In this document: piece by piece, positions 33,562 through 44,214 of the stretch
How positions within the stretch are numbered: position 1 is the first letter of the stretch
Layout of the letters: every line of letters starts with the position of its first letter
Assembly: GCA_963796685.1 (NCBI GenBank)
Contig: CAWCMR010000025.1
Span: 896,001-960,000 of the forward strand
Source: an uncultured delta proteobacterium
GTDB taxonomy: Bacteria; Myxococcota_A; Polyangia; Fen-1088
Direction of reading: 5' to 3'
DNA: 64,000 nt
The notes under the pieces: generated by a model
Told to the model about the DNA's origin: nothing
What the model saw: only the letters and a program-made list of their open reading frames with translations
Databases searched by the model: none
Made by a program: the position numbers and the translations under genes

Positions 33562-34359
33562 TTAACTAGTACAGAGATTCTTGTCCCGGGCGATCTTCTG
33601 GATGGCGCGCAAGCGCTCCCTGACCTGATGCGCGCGCGGCGACTTGGGATAGCGTCTTGCCAGATCCTCGTACATGGCCTTGGCGTCGCTGCAGAACTTG
33701 AGCACCACGAACGACTCGGCGAGCTGCCACATGGCCTCGGGCACCTCGGACGCGCGGGGGAATCGCTGGATGAGGTTGGAAAACTCGGCCGCGGCGTTGC
33801 TGTACTTGAGCTCCTGGACGAAGGAGATGCCGACCTGAAGCTGGGCCTGCGGGGCACGCGGGTCGTCGGGAAAACGCTGGACAAAGGAACGCAGGAAGCG
33901 CCGGGCCTCTTCACGCTGGCCATCGCTCAGGCGTTTTTGCGCTTCCTTCCACAACGCCTCCTTGTCCTCGGGCATGGTGGGCGCCACGCGCTCCACGATG
34001 CGCTGCTGGTTCGACTGGAGCTGCTGTTGGGTCTGCTCGACGGCGGCCACCTTGGTGGTGAGCTGCGCGACCATGTACTTGGCCTCTTCGATCTTCCCGC
34101 TCACGGCCGCGATGTCGGTTTCGTTCTTGGCCACCCGGGCGCCGAGGTCGGCCGAATTGCGCCCGAGCAGATCGGTGGCCTGGTCGAGCACGGTACGGAG
34201 CTTGGCGACCTTCTCGTTGATGTCGCGATCGCGCACGTCGAGGACGTCCAGCCGCTGGCGCAGCTGGGCGATGTCGGCGTTCATCTTGTCACCCTGGCCG
34301 GTCGTTACACAACCGACCAGGGCAAATCCGAGCAGTGCGCATGCTAAGCCGGAGCGCAC
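33562..34359 (-). CDS. CpoB/YbgF-like coiled-coil + TPR lipoprotein
   Basis: Lipobox-like 'ALVGC', coiled coil, TPRs ('FVQRFPDDPRAPQA', 'RYPKS'); downstream of a pal-like gene. Confidence 0.8.
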   Translation of the reverse strand: MRSGLACALLGFALVGCVTTGQGDKMNADIAQLRQRLDVLDVRDRDINEKVAKLRTVLDQATDLLGRNSADLGARVAKNETDIAAVSGKIEEAKYMVAQLTTKVAAVEQTQQQLQSNQQRIVERVAPTMPEDKEALWKEAQKRLSDGQREEARRFLRSFVQRFPDDPRAPQAQLQVGISFVQELKYSNAAAEFSNLIQRFPRASEVPEAMWQLAESFVVLKFCSDAKAMYEDLARRYPKSPRAHQVRERLRAIQKIARDKNLCTS

Positions 34360-34394
34360 GGTGAGTTCCCTTCTGAATCGAAGCAGCGAGGCGC

Positions 34395-35153
34395 CTACTT
34401 CCATTCCGAATCGACGCGACGATCCTTGGCCCAGCTGGCTTCATCGGTGCCGGTGGCATCGAGATTGCCGCGCGGAACGGGCTTGAGGCGCGAGCTTTCG
34501 ATCCCGGCCTGGCGCAGGTAGTCCCGCACCGCCTGGGCGCGACGATCCGACAGGGCCATGTTGTACTCGGTGGTGCCGCGCGGATCGGCGTGGCCGATGA
34601 GGTCGACGCTGCGCCCGGTCTTCTTGAGGCAAGACGCGTTCTTGGACAACGTGCTCCGCGCATCTTGGGTCAGCGAGGACACGTTGAAGCCGAAGTACAC
34701 GGTATCGAGCGGGCAAGGTGGCCCCTCGACGGCCTTGGTCTTCCCGCCCACGCAGCGGCCGCGCTGGCAGTCCATGTCCTGCGGGCAGTCGTCTTCCTTC
34801 ATGCACTGGGCCTTGCCGCACAGGCCGCCGTTGCAGATCGACCCGGCGGGACACTGCATGTCCGACTGGCACGGGCCGCAGCGATTGGCCGAGCAGACTT
34901 GACCTGCGGGACACTGCGAGTTGTCCTTGCAGAACCCGGCGATGAGGTTGCACTTGCCGTTGTTGCACTCGCGTCCCTCGCCGCAATCATTGCTGTTGCG
35001 GCACTGCTGGCACTTGCGGGCAACGCAGAATTCCTTGGACTTGCAATCCTTGTCGGTGTCGCAAGCCGGGTACTCGGGCTTGCATGCCGTCGAGGCCACG
35101 AGGAGGGTGGCCACAATAAATCCTAGCTTCCATTGGTAGTTTTTCATGTGCAT
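34395..35153 (-). CDS. Pal/OmpA-family lipoprotein with an N-terminal Cys-rich repeat domain
   Basis: 'STAC' lipobox, repeated CxxDxxC...C...GxC units, OmpA domain 'GHADPRGTTEYNMALSDRRA...DRRVD'. Confidence 0.88.
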   Translation of the reverse strand: MHMKNYQWKLGFIVATLLVASTACKPEYPACDTDKDCKSKEFCVARKCQQCRNSNDCGEGRECNNGKCNLIAGFCKDNSQCPAGQVCSANRCGPCQSDMQCPAGSICNGGLCGKAQCMKEDDCPQDMDCQRGRCVGGKTKAVEGPPCPLDTVYFGFNVSSLTQDARSTLSKNASCLKKTGRSVDLIGHADPRGTTEYNMALSDRRAQAVRDYLRQAGIESSRLKPVPRGNLDATGTDEASWAKDRRVDSEWK

Positions 35154-35280
35154 GGCTCTCTGAGGGGCTTCTAAAGCGTCCTTGACTCGCTGTCAACGTC
35201 GAGTCGCGGGGCGGAGAATATCACGTGATCTCCTCGCGCGACCTGAATCCGTGCTATGGGATTCGCCACAAGTCGGTCCG

Positions 35281-35895
35281 ATGGAGTGGCTGCTCAGTCA
35301 ACTTACCTCCCATGTATACGCCAAGTTGGCGGGAATTTTGCTGCTCTGTGGCCTTGGTATACCCATTCCCGAGGACATTTCGCTCATCTCCGCGGGGTAC
35401 CTTGCGCACCTGGGAACCGTCGACCTTCACGCCGTATTCCTGGTCTGCTTTGCCGCGGTGCTCGGCGGCGACTCCCTGGCCTTCGTCATGGGCCGCACCT
35501 TCGGCACGAAGATCCTGGCCAGCCGGTTCGGCCATCGCTACTTCAACCCCAAACGGCAACGCCGCGTGCGCGCCTACTTCCGCACCTACGGCAGCAAGGT
35601 CGTCTTCATCGCGAGGTTCTTGCCCGGGCTGCGCTTCTCGATCTTTCTGTCGGCGGGCATGCTGCACGTCCGTCCCTACGTGTTCATCGTCTACGACGCG
35701 CTGGCCGCCCTGCTTTCGGTCCCGTTCCTGGTCTACACGTCCTACTACTTCGGTGACAAGATCGACCACGTCGTCAAGTGGGCCCGGCGCTCGGAGTACG
35801 GCATCCTGGTACTGGTCGGCGTGGCCGGCTTGTTCGTCGCCTTCAAGGTGATCCGCAAGCGTCGCGCCCGCCCCGCCATCGCCGAACAGCCGTAG
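35281..35895 (+). CDS. dedA: DedA family membrane protein
   Basis: 'GLGIPIPED', 'GAVLGGD'-like 'AAVLGGD', 'ARFLPGLR'. Confidence 0.9.
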   Translation: MEWLLSQLTSHVYAKLAGILLLCGLGIPIPEDISLISAGYLAHLGTVDLHAVFLVCFAAVLGGDSLAFVMGRTFGTKILASRFGHRYFNPKRQRRVRAYFRTYGSKVVFIARFLPGLRFSIFLSAGMLHVRPYVFIVYDALAALLSVPFLVYTSYYFGDKIDHVVKWARRSEYGILVLVGVAGLFVAFKVIRKRRARPAIAEQP

Positions 35896-35924
35896 CACCT
35901 CGCGTGTCGTTCCCAGATGGATCC

Positions 35925-35950
35925 GTAGGGGCGGTTTTCAAACCCGCCCT
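35925..35950. repeat. GTAG-type REP-like palindrome
   Basis: GTAGGGGCGGTTTTCAAACCCGCCCT between convergent genes; single copy in this window. Confidence 0.55.
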
Positions 35951-35980
35951 CGGGTGGCTGGATGCCCTCGAAACCAATCC

Positions 35981-36760
35981 TTATGGGAACCTGATCTGCG
36001 CGCCCAGCCCGACATCGAGATCGATGCGGAACCAGCGTGCGAACCCGATGGTTTCGCCGAACTGGACAAAGAATCCCGCGTTGCGGATGGGGTCGTACAT
36101 CAGCCCGTTGGCGTTGCGCATGCCATAGTCGCTGCTGCTGATGCCCTCGCGGCTCGCCGAAAAGTCGGTGTAGTCGTACATGAATTGCAGGGTGGTGTAG
36201 AATTTGAGCGCGACATCTTCATCCAGCCAGAAGCGAACGCCGGGCGCTAACGCAAGCTGATGACTGCCGGCAATAGCCGGATCGCTCTGCAGGCCGAAGC
36301 GGATGTCGGCGATGATGTCCGCGCGCGCGGCCACGCCGAAGGAAAGCTGGAAATCGAGGAAGAAGGGAACGCTGTGCGCACACACCCGCTTGCTCTGGAT
36401 GCCCGATGAGTCACCGCAGTATTGGCCGTCCTTATAGGGCACGACCAGGCGATAGCCCGAGCCCGGCATGATGGACAGGCCGGTCTGGTACTTGTGGTTC
36501 GACTGGGCGGGCCCGCCGAAGAACTTGGGCGGCTCCGCGGCCTCCTCGGGGGCCGCCTGCTGGACGGGCTTGGCCTTGTGCTTGGGCCTTGGAGCCTGCT
36601 CCTCGGCCCCGGTGACGGGCGCCGTCTCGGGCGCGGAGCTCGCGGTATCTTGCCCCGCGGCCGGCGCGCTGCTCGGGCTATCCTCGGCGTTCGCCGAGTT
36701 GGGCGAGACAGCGGGAACGACTACCATCATACTCAGGGCAATGACCCACAGGTTCCTCAT
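35981..36760 (-). CDS. Hypothetical exported / outer-membrane beta-barrel protein
   Basis: Signal peptide, Pro/Ala linker, amphipathic strands, C-terminal 'GAQIRFP'. Confidence 0.7.
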   Translation of the reverse strand: MRNLWVIALSMMVVVPAVSPNSANAEDSPSSAPAAGQDTASSAPETAPVTGAEEQAPRPKHKAKPVQQAAPEEAAEPPKFFGGPAQSNHKYQTGLSIMPGSGYRLVVPYKDGQYCGDSSGIQSKRVCAHSVPFFLDFQLSFGVAARADIIADIRFGLQSDPAIAGSHQLALAPGVRFWLDEDVALKFYTTLQFMYDYTDFSASREGISSSDYGMRNANGLMYDPIRNAGFFVQFGETIGFARWFRIDLDVGLGAQIRFP

Positions 36761-36844
36761 GGCGGGCGCTAGTATCGAATGAGTGGGCGTGGTTTGCCAG
36801 AGCCGCGATCGCTCGAGGAACGTTCGCAGTCGTCCGGGTGCGCC

Positions 36845-37609
36845 ATGACCGGCTTGTCCCGGCGACGGTTCCTGGCCGGCCTGACTGCCGCCGGCCTGCT
36901 TCTTTCCGGACGCGGGGCCCGCGCCCTCGGGGATCTGTCCAAGCTCCGCTTCCTGCGCCTGCGCTTCCCGGATTTGCCCGATCCGCGGCCGAGCGCCCTT
37001 CGCCGCCTGGCCTGGGAGCTGGAGCGACGAACCAGCCTGGTGACGATCCCCGACCCCATCGAGCTGCCCCTGTCCAGCCCCGAGCTCTTCCGCTACCCCC
37101 TGTGCGTGCTTTCCGGCGACCGCGCGTTCGCCATGCCGTCCGACGGCGACATCGTTCGCCTGCGCCGCTATCTGACCTTCGGCGGCTGCATGCTCGTCGA
37201 TTCGGCCGAGGACCACGCGGGCGGCGTCTTCGACCAATCCGTGCGCAAGCTGCTGGCGCGCGCGCTGCCGGGGGATCTGCCCAAGCCGGTTCCCGACGAC
37301 CACGTGCTGTGGAAGTCCTTCTACATCCTGCACGGGGTTCCCGGGCGCGTGCTGGCCTCGCCCATCGTGGAGGCGATCGAGCGCGACCGCCGCCTGGCCG
37401 TCATCTACACCCAGAACGACCTCGGCGGAGCCATGGCGCGCGACGGCTTCGGGCGCTGGGAGCACGACGTGGTCCCGGGTGGCGACGATCAGCGCGAGCG
37501 CACGTTCCGCTTTGCCGTGAACGTGGTCATGTACGCGCTTTGCCTGGACTACAAGACCGAGCAGGCGCACATCGACTTCATCATGCGTACGCGGAGAGCC
37601 CGCCCGTGA
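36845..37609 (+). CDS. DUF4159 domain protein with Tat-like signal
   Basis: 'SRRRFL' twin-arginine motif; 'LRRYLTFGG', 'NDLGGA', 'YALCLDYK'. Confidence 0.8.
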   Translation: MTGLSRRRFLAGLTAAGLLLSGRGARALGDLSKLRFLRLRFPDLPDPRPSALRRLAWELERRTSLVTIPDPIELPLSSPELFRYPLCVLSGDRAFAMPSDGDIVRLRRYLTFGGCMLVDSAEDHAGGVFDQSVRKLLARALPGDLPKPVPDDHVLWKSFYILHGVPGRVLASPIVEAIERDRRLAVIYTQNDLGGAMARDGFGRWEHDVVPGGDDQRERTFRFAVNVVMYALCLDYKTEQAHIDFIMRTRRARP

Positions 37610-39904
37610 ACCGCCTCGGGCTCATCGCCGACTGGCGGCTGACCTTCGGCACCCAGCTTGCGCGCGGCACCCTGGTCTTGCTCATGGTGGCCGCCGCGCT
37701 CACGGTGGCCATCTCGGCCCTCTCGCTGTGGCGCGAGCGCCGTCGCGGGAGGAACCTCATCGTGTTCACCCTGCGCCTGTTGGCCGTGGCCATCTGTTTG
37801 CTGGTCTGCATGCAACCGCGGCTCGAGTTCGGTCAAGTGAGCGTGGTGCCCAATACCATCGCCGTGTTGGTGGACGCCTCGCGCTCGATGAGCGTCGCGC
37901 CGCCCGATCGCGGTCCCACGCGTTCGGAGCGCGTGGCCGGCATCTTGGCCAGCGCCGCGCCCACCTTCTCCGCGTGGGAGAAGAGCGGCCACAAGATCGA
38001 GGTGTACGGCTTCGGCGAAGGCCTCACACCTGCATCGCTGCTCTCGCTGCCCGCGCCCAAGGCCGAGGCCACGCGCATCGGTGAAGCCCTGTCCGAGCTG
38101 CGCACGCGCTTGGCGGGCCGCGATCTCGGCGCCGTGGTGCTGCATTTCCGACGGCATCGACACCGGCCGCATCGGCCGCGGCCCGCTCGACGCCGACACG
38201 CGCAAGACCTTGGAGGCGCTGGCCGCGCCGGTGCACACGGTCTTCATCGGGGAGAAAGAGCTGCGCGACCTGTCGGTGGCAGCCGTGTTGGCCGACGACT
38301 TCGCCTTCGTACGCACGCCGGTGAAGCTGGAGGCGGTGCTTCGCCACAGCGGGCTGGGCGGGCGCATGGTCGAGGTGTCGCTGCTGCGCGACGGACGCTT
38401 GATCGACGCCAAGGCGGTGGTCCTGCGCAAGGATGCGCCGGAAGCGCGCGTGGTCTTCGATTACACCCCCGACCAGCCGGGCAACCACGTGTTCGAGATC
38501 AAAACGCCCGTGCTGGCCGGCGAGGCGCTGGACAGCAACAACAGCCAGGCCTTCACCCTCAAGGTCATCCGCGACCGCATCCGCATCCTGCACGTATGCG
38601 GCCGGCCGTCATGGAACGAACGTTTTCTGCGCTCGATGTTGCGCCTCGACCCCAACGTCGATCTGGTTTCGTTCTTCATCCTGCGCACCGACAACGACGA
38701 CATGACCATGGGTCCGGACGAGATGTCCCTCATCCCGTTTCCCTACAAGGAGATCTTCGACGAGCAGCTCAAGTCGTTCGACCTGCTCATCTTCGACAAT
38801 TTCAACTTCAAGCCCTATTGGGTCGAGCCCTACTTGCCCGGCGTGCGCGCCTACATCGAGGCGGGTGGCGCCTTGGCCATGGTGGGCGGCGATCTTTCCT
38901 TTGCCAGCGGAGGGTATGGCGACAGCGCCCTTCACGATGTTCTGCCCGTGGAGCTTGCCGGCATTCCCCGCGACGGCCCCCTGTCCTTTACGACCGACAC
39001 CTTCCGACCGCGCCTGACCCCGGAGGGTCGCACCCATCCGGTGACCTCGCTCAACCTCGACGAGAAAATCAACGAATCGCGCTGGGCGGCCTTGCCCCCT
39101 CTCGTGGGCATCAACCGCGTCGCCGGGCTGCGGCCGGGGGCGCGCGCGCTGCTGGTCCATCCCTCGCAAAAGAGCGGCGACGGCAAACCGGCCCCGGTGC
39201 TCGCCGTCGCCGAGGTCGGCAAGGGGCGCACCCTGGCGCTCATGACCGACAGCGCTTGGGGCTGGGGATTCCAGGCCGCCGGCGCGGGCGACGATGGACG
39301 CGCCTTCCAGCGCTTCTGGGAGGGCGCCATCCGATGGCTGGTGCGCGACCCGGCGCTGACCCATTTGCGCATCGACCTCGACAAGGTCGAATACCGGCGC
39401 GGCCAGACGGTGTCCTTGCGCGTGCGCGCCTTGCGCGCCGACTACAGTCCCGCCGCCAACGTCGATGTCGCGCTGGAATTGCGGCCGGCCACGGCGGGCG
39501 ATACCGTCGTCCCGCTGCGCACCCTCAAGGTCACCACCAGCGGCGACGAGGGCGAGGCCGAGGTCGAGCTCGACGCGCTCGACCCGGGGGCCTACCGACT
39601 GGTCGGCAGAGCGGTCATCGATGGACGATCCGTGGAGGAACAGACCACCTTCGTCATTCGCCCCGAGGGCCACGAGCTGGACGACGTCATCGCGCGCGAT
39701 TCCGTGCTGCGCGAGATCGCCGAGGCCAGCGGGGGCGAGCTCTACGACGGCACCCTCGGCGATCCCAGCGTGCGCCCGCCACGCAAGGTGCGCGTGGGCA
39801 GCCTGCGCACCGTCGAGGTCTGGTCGAATCCGCTGCTGCTCCTGCTGGCCATCGGCCTGCTGGTGGCCGAATGGACCCTCCGAAGACGCACGGGACACGC
39901 GTGA
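37606..39904 (+). CDS. Membrane protein with vWA-like and GATase1-like domains, apparent frameshift at ~38145
   Basis: 'LVDASRSM' MIDAS-like motif, 'ISDG', 'DPNVDLVSFFILR', C-terminal 'EWTLRRRTG'. Confidence 0.78.
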
Positions 39905-39911
39905 CGGAGTC

Positions 39912-40011
39912 ACCACAGAGACGCAGAGAGCACAGAGCCGGAGGGGAAGGCATGCGATCCGGACAAGCCCTTCTTTCCTATCCGCCTCCGAGCTCTCCGT
40001 GCCTCTGTGGT
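39912..40011. repeat. Palindromic intergenic element, copy 3
   Basis: ACCACAGAGACGCAGAGAGCACAGAG ... CTCCGAGCTCTCCGTGCCTCTGTGGT. Confidence 0.85.
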
Positions 40012-40034
40012 GAAAAACTCCCAGGTGGTAGTAG

Positions 40035-41936
40035 TTGCGTCTGATGTCGCTCGCCGTCGTCGTGCTGGCCATCGCCTTGCGGGTCGCGTGGGTGCTGGCC
40101 GTGCCCAGCAAGCCCGTGGGCGATTTCGCCATGTATGTCGAGTCGGCCGCGCACCTGGTCGAGCACGGCGGCTTCGACTCCGAATACGTGTTCATGCCGG
40201 GCTACATTTTTCTGATTGCGCCGGTGCAAGCCCTAGGTGGGGGCTGGCTGGCCACCAAGCTCTTGGGCGCGGTGCTGGGCGGGCTGGGCGCCGGGGCGGT
40301 GCTGGGCCTCGCGCGCAGAATGGCGGGCGGATCCGCGCGGGTGGCCCTGATGGCGGGCCTGCTCTACGCCTGCTGGCCGGCCGGGATCGCCATGGCCAGC
40401 GTGACCGGAACCGACATGCCCGCCGCGGTGCTGCTGATCGTCGCCGCGTATTTCCTCGTGCGCTTCGCCGACAGCCGGCCGACCGCGGCCGCCATCTTGT
40501 TCGGCGTGTTCACGGGATTCGCCGCCACCATTCGCGCCATCGTCGTGCCCCTGGCCGCGCTGGCGGTGCTGGTCTTCCGCGCGCAGGGAAAATCCTGGCG
40601 TACTTCGGTCGAGTCTACGGCCATCGCGTGCCTGGTCGCGTTCCTGATGCTGGTCCCGTGGGCCGTGCGCAATCGCCTGCGCTATGGTGAAACCTTCTTC
40701 ACCGACAGCCACGGCGGCCTGACCGCGCTGGTAGGAGCCAACCCCGACACCGACGGCTGCTACTCGCGCTCGCTCAATCGCATGTTCCACGACGTGACCG
40801 GGTTCGCACTTTTGGCCGAGCCCCATCGCGCTGCCGATCGCGCCGCCATGGCCATCGCCGAAGACTGGACCCGATTCGATCCGCTGTTTACCCTCGGGCT
40901 GCTGGCCGACAAGGCCGAGCGTCTGCTCGTGCACGAACGCGCCCTGCTCTACTGGCCGCTCTTTCGTGCCGGCGTGTTGCCGCCCGCTTACCAAGCCTTC
41001 TTCGCGCTCCACCGCAGCACGCTCGAGGCCGTTGCCGACGACTTCTGGCTGGCGGTGCTGGCGCTTGCTCTCATGGGTTGCGCGGTGGCCTATGCGCGCA
41101 AGCAATGGCTCGCGCTTTCGCTGCTGCCCCAGGCGATCGCCCTGGCCCTGCTCTACACCGCCATCTTCGCCGAGCCGAGGTACCGCCTGCCCATCTTCAT
41201 GTTGCTGCTTCCTCTATCCGCCCTCGCCCTCGACTGGCTATGGCAAACGGGACGCGGCCTCGTCCGTCGCTCCGCGCCGCCGGCATGGAAACGCGAGGCC
41301 GCACTGGCCGTCGGCCTGGCCACGCTGGTCTTTGCCCTCGCGCCTGCGCTGGCCTGGGCCGGCGGCAAACTGCGCGAGCACCACCGCTGGGCCGTGGACG
41401 AGTGCGCACTGGCGGGAAAGCCGCGGTTCTGCAAGTGGCGCATGCTCGGCAGCGAAGGCGAGCTACGATGGACGTCCGACCATCAAGGGCGTGTGGAACG
41501 GGGTCGGCCTCGCGCTGCCCGAAGCGACGCCGGGCGCGACGCCGGAAAAGAAGGCCTCGATCACGGCGGAATCCGAATTGGCTTTGGCCCCTGGCGACTA
41601 CACCCTCTCCGTGGCCCTCGACCTGGCGCCGCGGGTTCGGTATCCGCGGCGCAAGACACGAGCGGTTCGGTCCTGTTTTCCAGCGACGGACAGGCGCTCT
41701 CGCCCATGGTTCCGCTCGCCGAGGTGGCCCGCGCCTCACGCGAAGGCCGCACCCTCACGTGGCGTTCGCCCCTTCACCACGCCGGGGGACCGCTGCGTCT
41801 GACGGTGCGGGCCGAGGTGCCGCACGCGCCGGAGCGCCCCTCGCCCACCCGCCTCTGGTTAGGCGAGCTGCGCGTCGAGCAAGGGCTCAACGCGCCTTAT
41901 GGCCCCGATGCTTCGTCGCCGGGCCCGACTCGCTGA
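40035..41936 (+). CDS. GT-C fold polytopic membrane glycosyltransferase (ArnT/PMT-like)
   Basis: Many TM helices, 'GDFAMY', 'PGY', 'PWAVRN', 'PRYRLP'; probable compensating frameshifts at ~41465 and ~41635. Confidence 0.72.
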   Translation: MRLMSLAVVVLAIALRVAWVLAVPSKPVGDFAMYVESAAHLVEHGGFDSEYVFMPGYIFLIAPVQALGGGWLATKLLGAVLGGLGAGAVLGLARRMAGGSARVALMAGLLYACWPAGIAMASVTGTDMPAAVLLIVAAYFLVRFADSRPTAAAILFGVFTGFAATIRAIVVPLAALAVLVFRAQGKSWRTSVESTAIACLVAFLMLVPWAVRNRLRYGETFFTDSHGGLTALVGANPDTDGCYSRSLNRMFHDVTGFALLAEPHRAADRAAMAIAEDWTRFDPLFTLGLLADKAERLLVHERALLYWPLFRAGVLPPAYQAFFALHRSTLEAVADDFWLAVLALALMGCAVAYARKQWLALSLLPQAIALALLYTAIFAEPRYRLPIFMLLLPLSALALDWLWQTGRGLVRRSAPPAWKREAALAVGLATLVFALAPALAWAGGKLREHHRWAVDECALAGKPRFCKWRMLGSEGELRWTSDHQGRVERGRPRAARSDAGRDAGKEGLDHGGIRIGFGPWRLHPLRGPRPGAAGSVSAAQDTSGSVLFSSDGQALSPMVPLAEVARASREGRTLTWRSPLHHAGGPLRLTVRAEVPHAPERPSPTRLWLGELRVEQGLNAPYGPDASSPGPTR

Positions 41937-42873
41937 TTTCTGGACGAATCTTTGCGCCCCCCTTGCCGGCGGCAGCGTGTTTCTTGCCTTTGCCCTTGTC
42001 CGACTCGTGCTGGAGCTTGAGCGCCGCCTTCGAGATCCGTTTGGGCGCCAGCGCCGGCGTGAGCAGGAGCTCGATGCGACGGTTCTTGGCCCGCCCCGCC
42101 GCGGTCCGGTTGTTGGCAATGGGCTGGTATTCGCCATAGCCGCTGGCCACCAGGCGATCGGGGGGCACACCGGCCTTTTCCTGTAGAAAACGCACGACGT
42201 TGGTGGCGCGCGCCACCGACAGCTCCCAGTTGGTGGGGTACAGTTGCCTGAGCTTGTCGGAGATGGGCGTGTTGTCCGTATGGCCGGAGACCTGGATCTG
42301 TCGGTCGTCGATATTGGCCAGCACCGCGCCCAAGCGCGCCAGCACGCCTTCCCCGCGTTTGGAAATCGACGCCTCCCCAGAATCGAACAGGATCTTGTCG
42401 ACCAAGCCAACCCGCAGCTTGCCTCCGCTTTCGGTCAGTTGGATGTCGCCCTTGGCGATCTCGTCCTTCATCTTGTCGCGCAGCTCGTCGGTCGTGCCCT
42501 TCAGGGTGGCCAGCTCGCTCGACTTTTCCTCCACGCTCTTGGCCAGATAGTCCCGCGCGGTGATGAGCGCCTCCTTGTCGCTCTCCAGCGCGTCCTTCAC
42601 CCCCTGCAAGGTCGCTAGCTGACGGTGCATGGACTCACCGGCCGCCTCGGCCTCGTGCACCTTCCCCTCGGCAGCCTCGGCCTTGGCCTTCCACTTTGCC
42701 CGTTCGCCAAAGCCCCAGTAGGCGCCGTACCCGGCCGCGGCCATCATCGCGACGGCCACCACCCACGGCATGCGCGACGGCGTGCGAAAACTGATGGGCG
42801 GGGGCGGCGGAAACGGCGGGGGCTGGTTTGGCTGCGGGAGAGTCGGATCTCCTGGGTACGGTGGGTACGGCAT
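41887..42873 (-). CDS. OmpA/MotB-family protein (TM, coiled coil, peptidoglycan-binding domain)
   Basis: 'ILFDSG', 'GHTDNTPI', 'NWELSVARA', 'KNRRIE'. Confidence 0.88.
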   Translation of the reverse strand: MPYPPYPGDPTLPQPNQPPPFPPPPPISFRTPSRMPWVVAVAMMAAAGYGAYWGFGERAKWKAKAEAAEGKVHEAEAAGESMHRQLATLQGVKDALESDKEALITARDYLAKSVEEKSSELATLKGTTDELRDKMKDEIAKGDIQLTESGGKLRVGLVDKILFDSGEASISKRGEGVLARLGAVLANIDDRQIQVSGHTDNTPISDKLRQLYPTNWELSVARATNVVRFLQEKAGVPPDRLVASGYGEYQPIANNRTAAGRAKNRRIELLLTPALAPKRISKAALKLQHESDKGKGKKHAAAGKGGAKIRPEISESGPATKHRGHKAR

Positions 42874-43013
42874 GCGATCTCCTTCCAGGTGCGGTAGCCG
42901 CACGCAGTCTACCTCATCTCGCCGGGACACACCGACGCCCTTGTTCCCATCCCCCGGCCGTGTTATCAGCGTGGATTCGATTCCTCCCCATGCGGGGCTC
43001 TGAAAGGGCGACC

Positions 43014-44081
43014 ATGAAATCGTACAACATCGCGCTGATTCCTGGAGACGGCACCGGACCCGAGGTTCTTGCCGAGGGCGTGAAGGTCATCGACGCGGCT
43101 TGCGCCAAGCACGGCGTGAAGCTGAATTACACCAGCTTCGATTTCGGCGGCGAGCGCTACAAGCGTACCGGCGAGATCCTGCCCGACAGCGCGCTCGAAG
43201 AGTTCAAGAAGTTCGATGCCATGTTCCTCGGCGCCATCGGTCACCCCGACGTCAAGCCCGGCATCCTCGAGGTCGGCATCCTGCTCAAGACCCGCTTCGC
43301 CCTCGACCAGTACATCAACCTGCGCCCGGTCAAGCTGTACCCCAACGTCGAGACGCCCCTCAAGGACAAGGGCCCCGAGCACATCGACTTCGTGGTCGTG
43401 CGCGAAAACACCGGCGGCATCTACACCGGCATCGGCGGCGTCACCCACAAGGGCACCCCGCTGGAGAACACCGTCCAGGTCATGACCTACTCGCGCCCCG
43501 TGGTCGAGCGCTGCGTGAAGTACGCCTACGAGCTGACCCGCAAGCGCAACAGCAAGAAGAAGATGCTGACCCTCGTCCACAAGTGCAACGTCCTGACCCA
43601 CGCCGGCGACTTGTGGGTGCGCGTGCACAAGGAGATCGGCGACAAGCTCTATCCCGAGATCAAGCAGGACTACAACCACGTCGACGCCTGCACCATGTGG
43701 TTCGTCAAGCAGCCCGAGTACTACGACGTCATCGTCACCGAAAACCTCTTCGGCGACATCATCACCGACCTCGCCGCCATCATCCAAGGCGGCCTCGGCA
43801 TCGCCGCCGGCGGCAACATCAATCCCGAGGGCGTCTCCATGTTCGAGCCCATGGGCGGCAGCGCCCCCAAGTACACCGGCAAGAACGTCATCAACCCGCT
43901 CGCCACCATCTGCGCCGGCGGCATGATGATGGACACCCTCGGCGAGCCCGCCATCGCCAAGGCCGTCGACCAAGCCGTCCACGACGCCCTGGCCTCGGGC
44001 AAGATCAAGAGCCTCTCCGCCGGCAAGATGGGCATGGGCACCCGCGAGGTCGGGGATTTCATCGCCAAGCTGGTGAGCTAG
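43014..44081 (+). CDS. leuB: 3-isopropylmalate dehydrogenase
   Basis: 'PGDGTGPEV', 'NLRPVK', 'VRENT', 'NLFGDIITD', 'MFEPMGGSAP'. Substrate specificity within the ICDH/IPMDH family is inferred. Confidence 0.88.
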   Translation: MKSYNIALIPGDGTGPEVLAEGVKVIDAACAKHGVKLNYTSFDFGGERYKRTGEILPDSALEEFKKFDAMFLGAIGHPDVKPGILEVGILLKTRFALDQYINLRPVKLYPNVETPLKDKGPEHIDFVVVRENTGGIYTGIGGVTHKGTPLENTVQVMTYSRPVVERCVKYAYELTRKRNSKKKMLTLVHKCNVLTHAGDLWVRVHKEIGDKLYPEIKQDYNHVDACTMWFVKQPEYYDVIVTENLFGDIITDLAAIIQGGLGIAAGGNINPEGVSMFEPMGGSAPKYTGKNVINPLATICAGGMMMDTLGEPAIAKAVDQAVHDALASGKIKSLSAGKMGMGTREVGDFIAKLVS

Positions 44082-44214
44082 CAGGCCAAGCAACTTTCCT
44101 GAGCCGCGTGCCGACAACGCCACCATGTGGAGGCAGCAGCACCCGCACAGCCCGCAAGACGGCCAGCGAATTCCACGCTGCTCTCAAACAGAAGGCCAAG
44201 CGGCGTGGGCTGGT

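Noticed and set aside
41887-42873. Flagellar stator motB
   Set aside because: There is no adjacent motA and no conserved TM Asp motif; it is a generic OmpA/MotB-domain protein.
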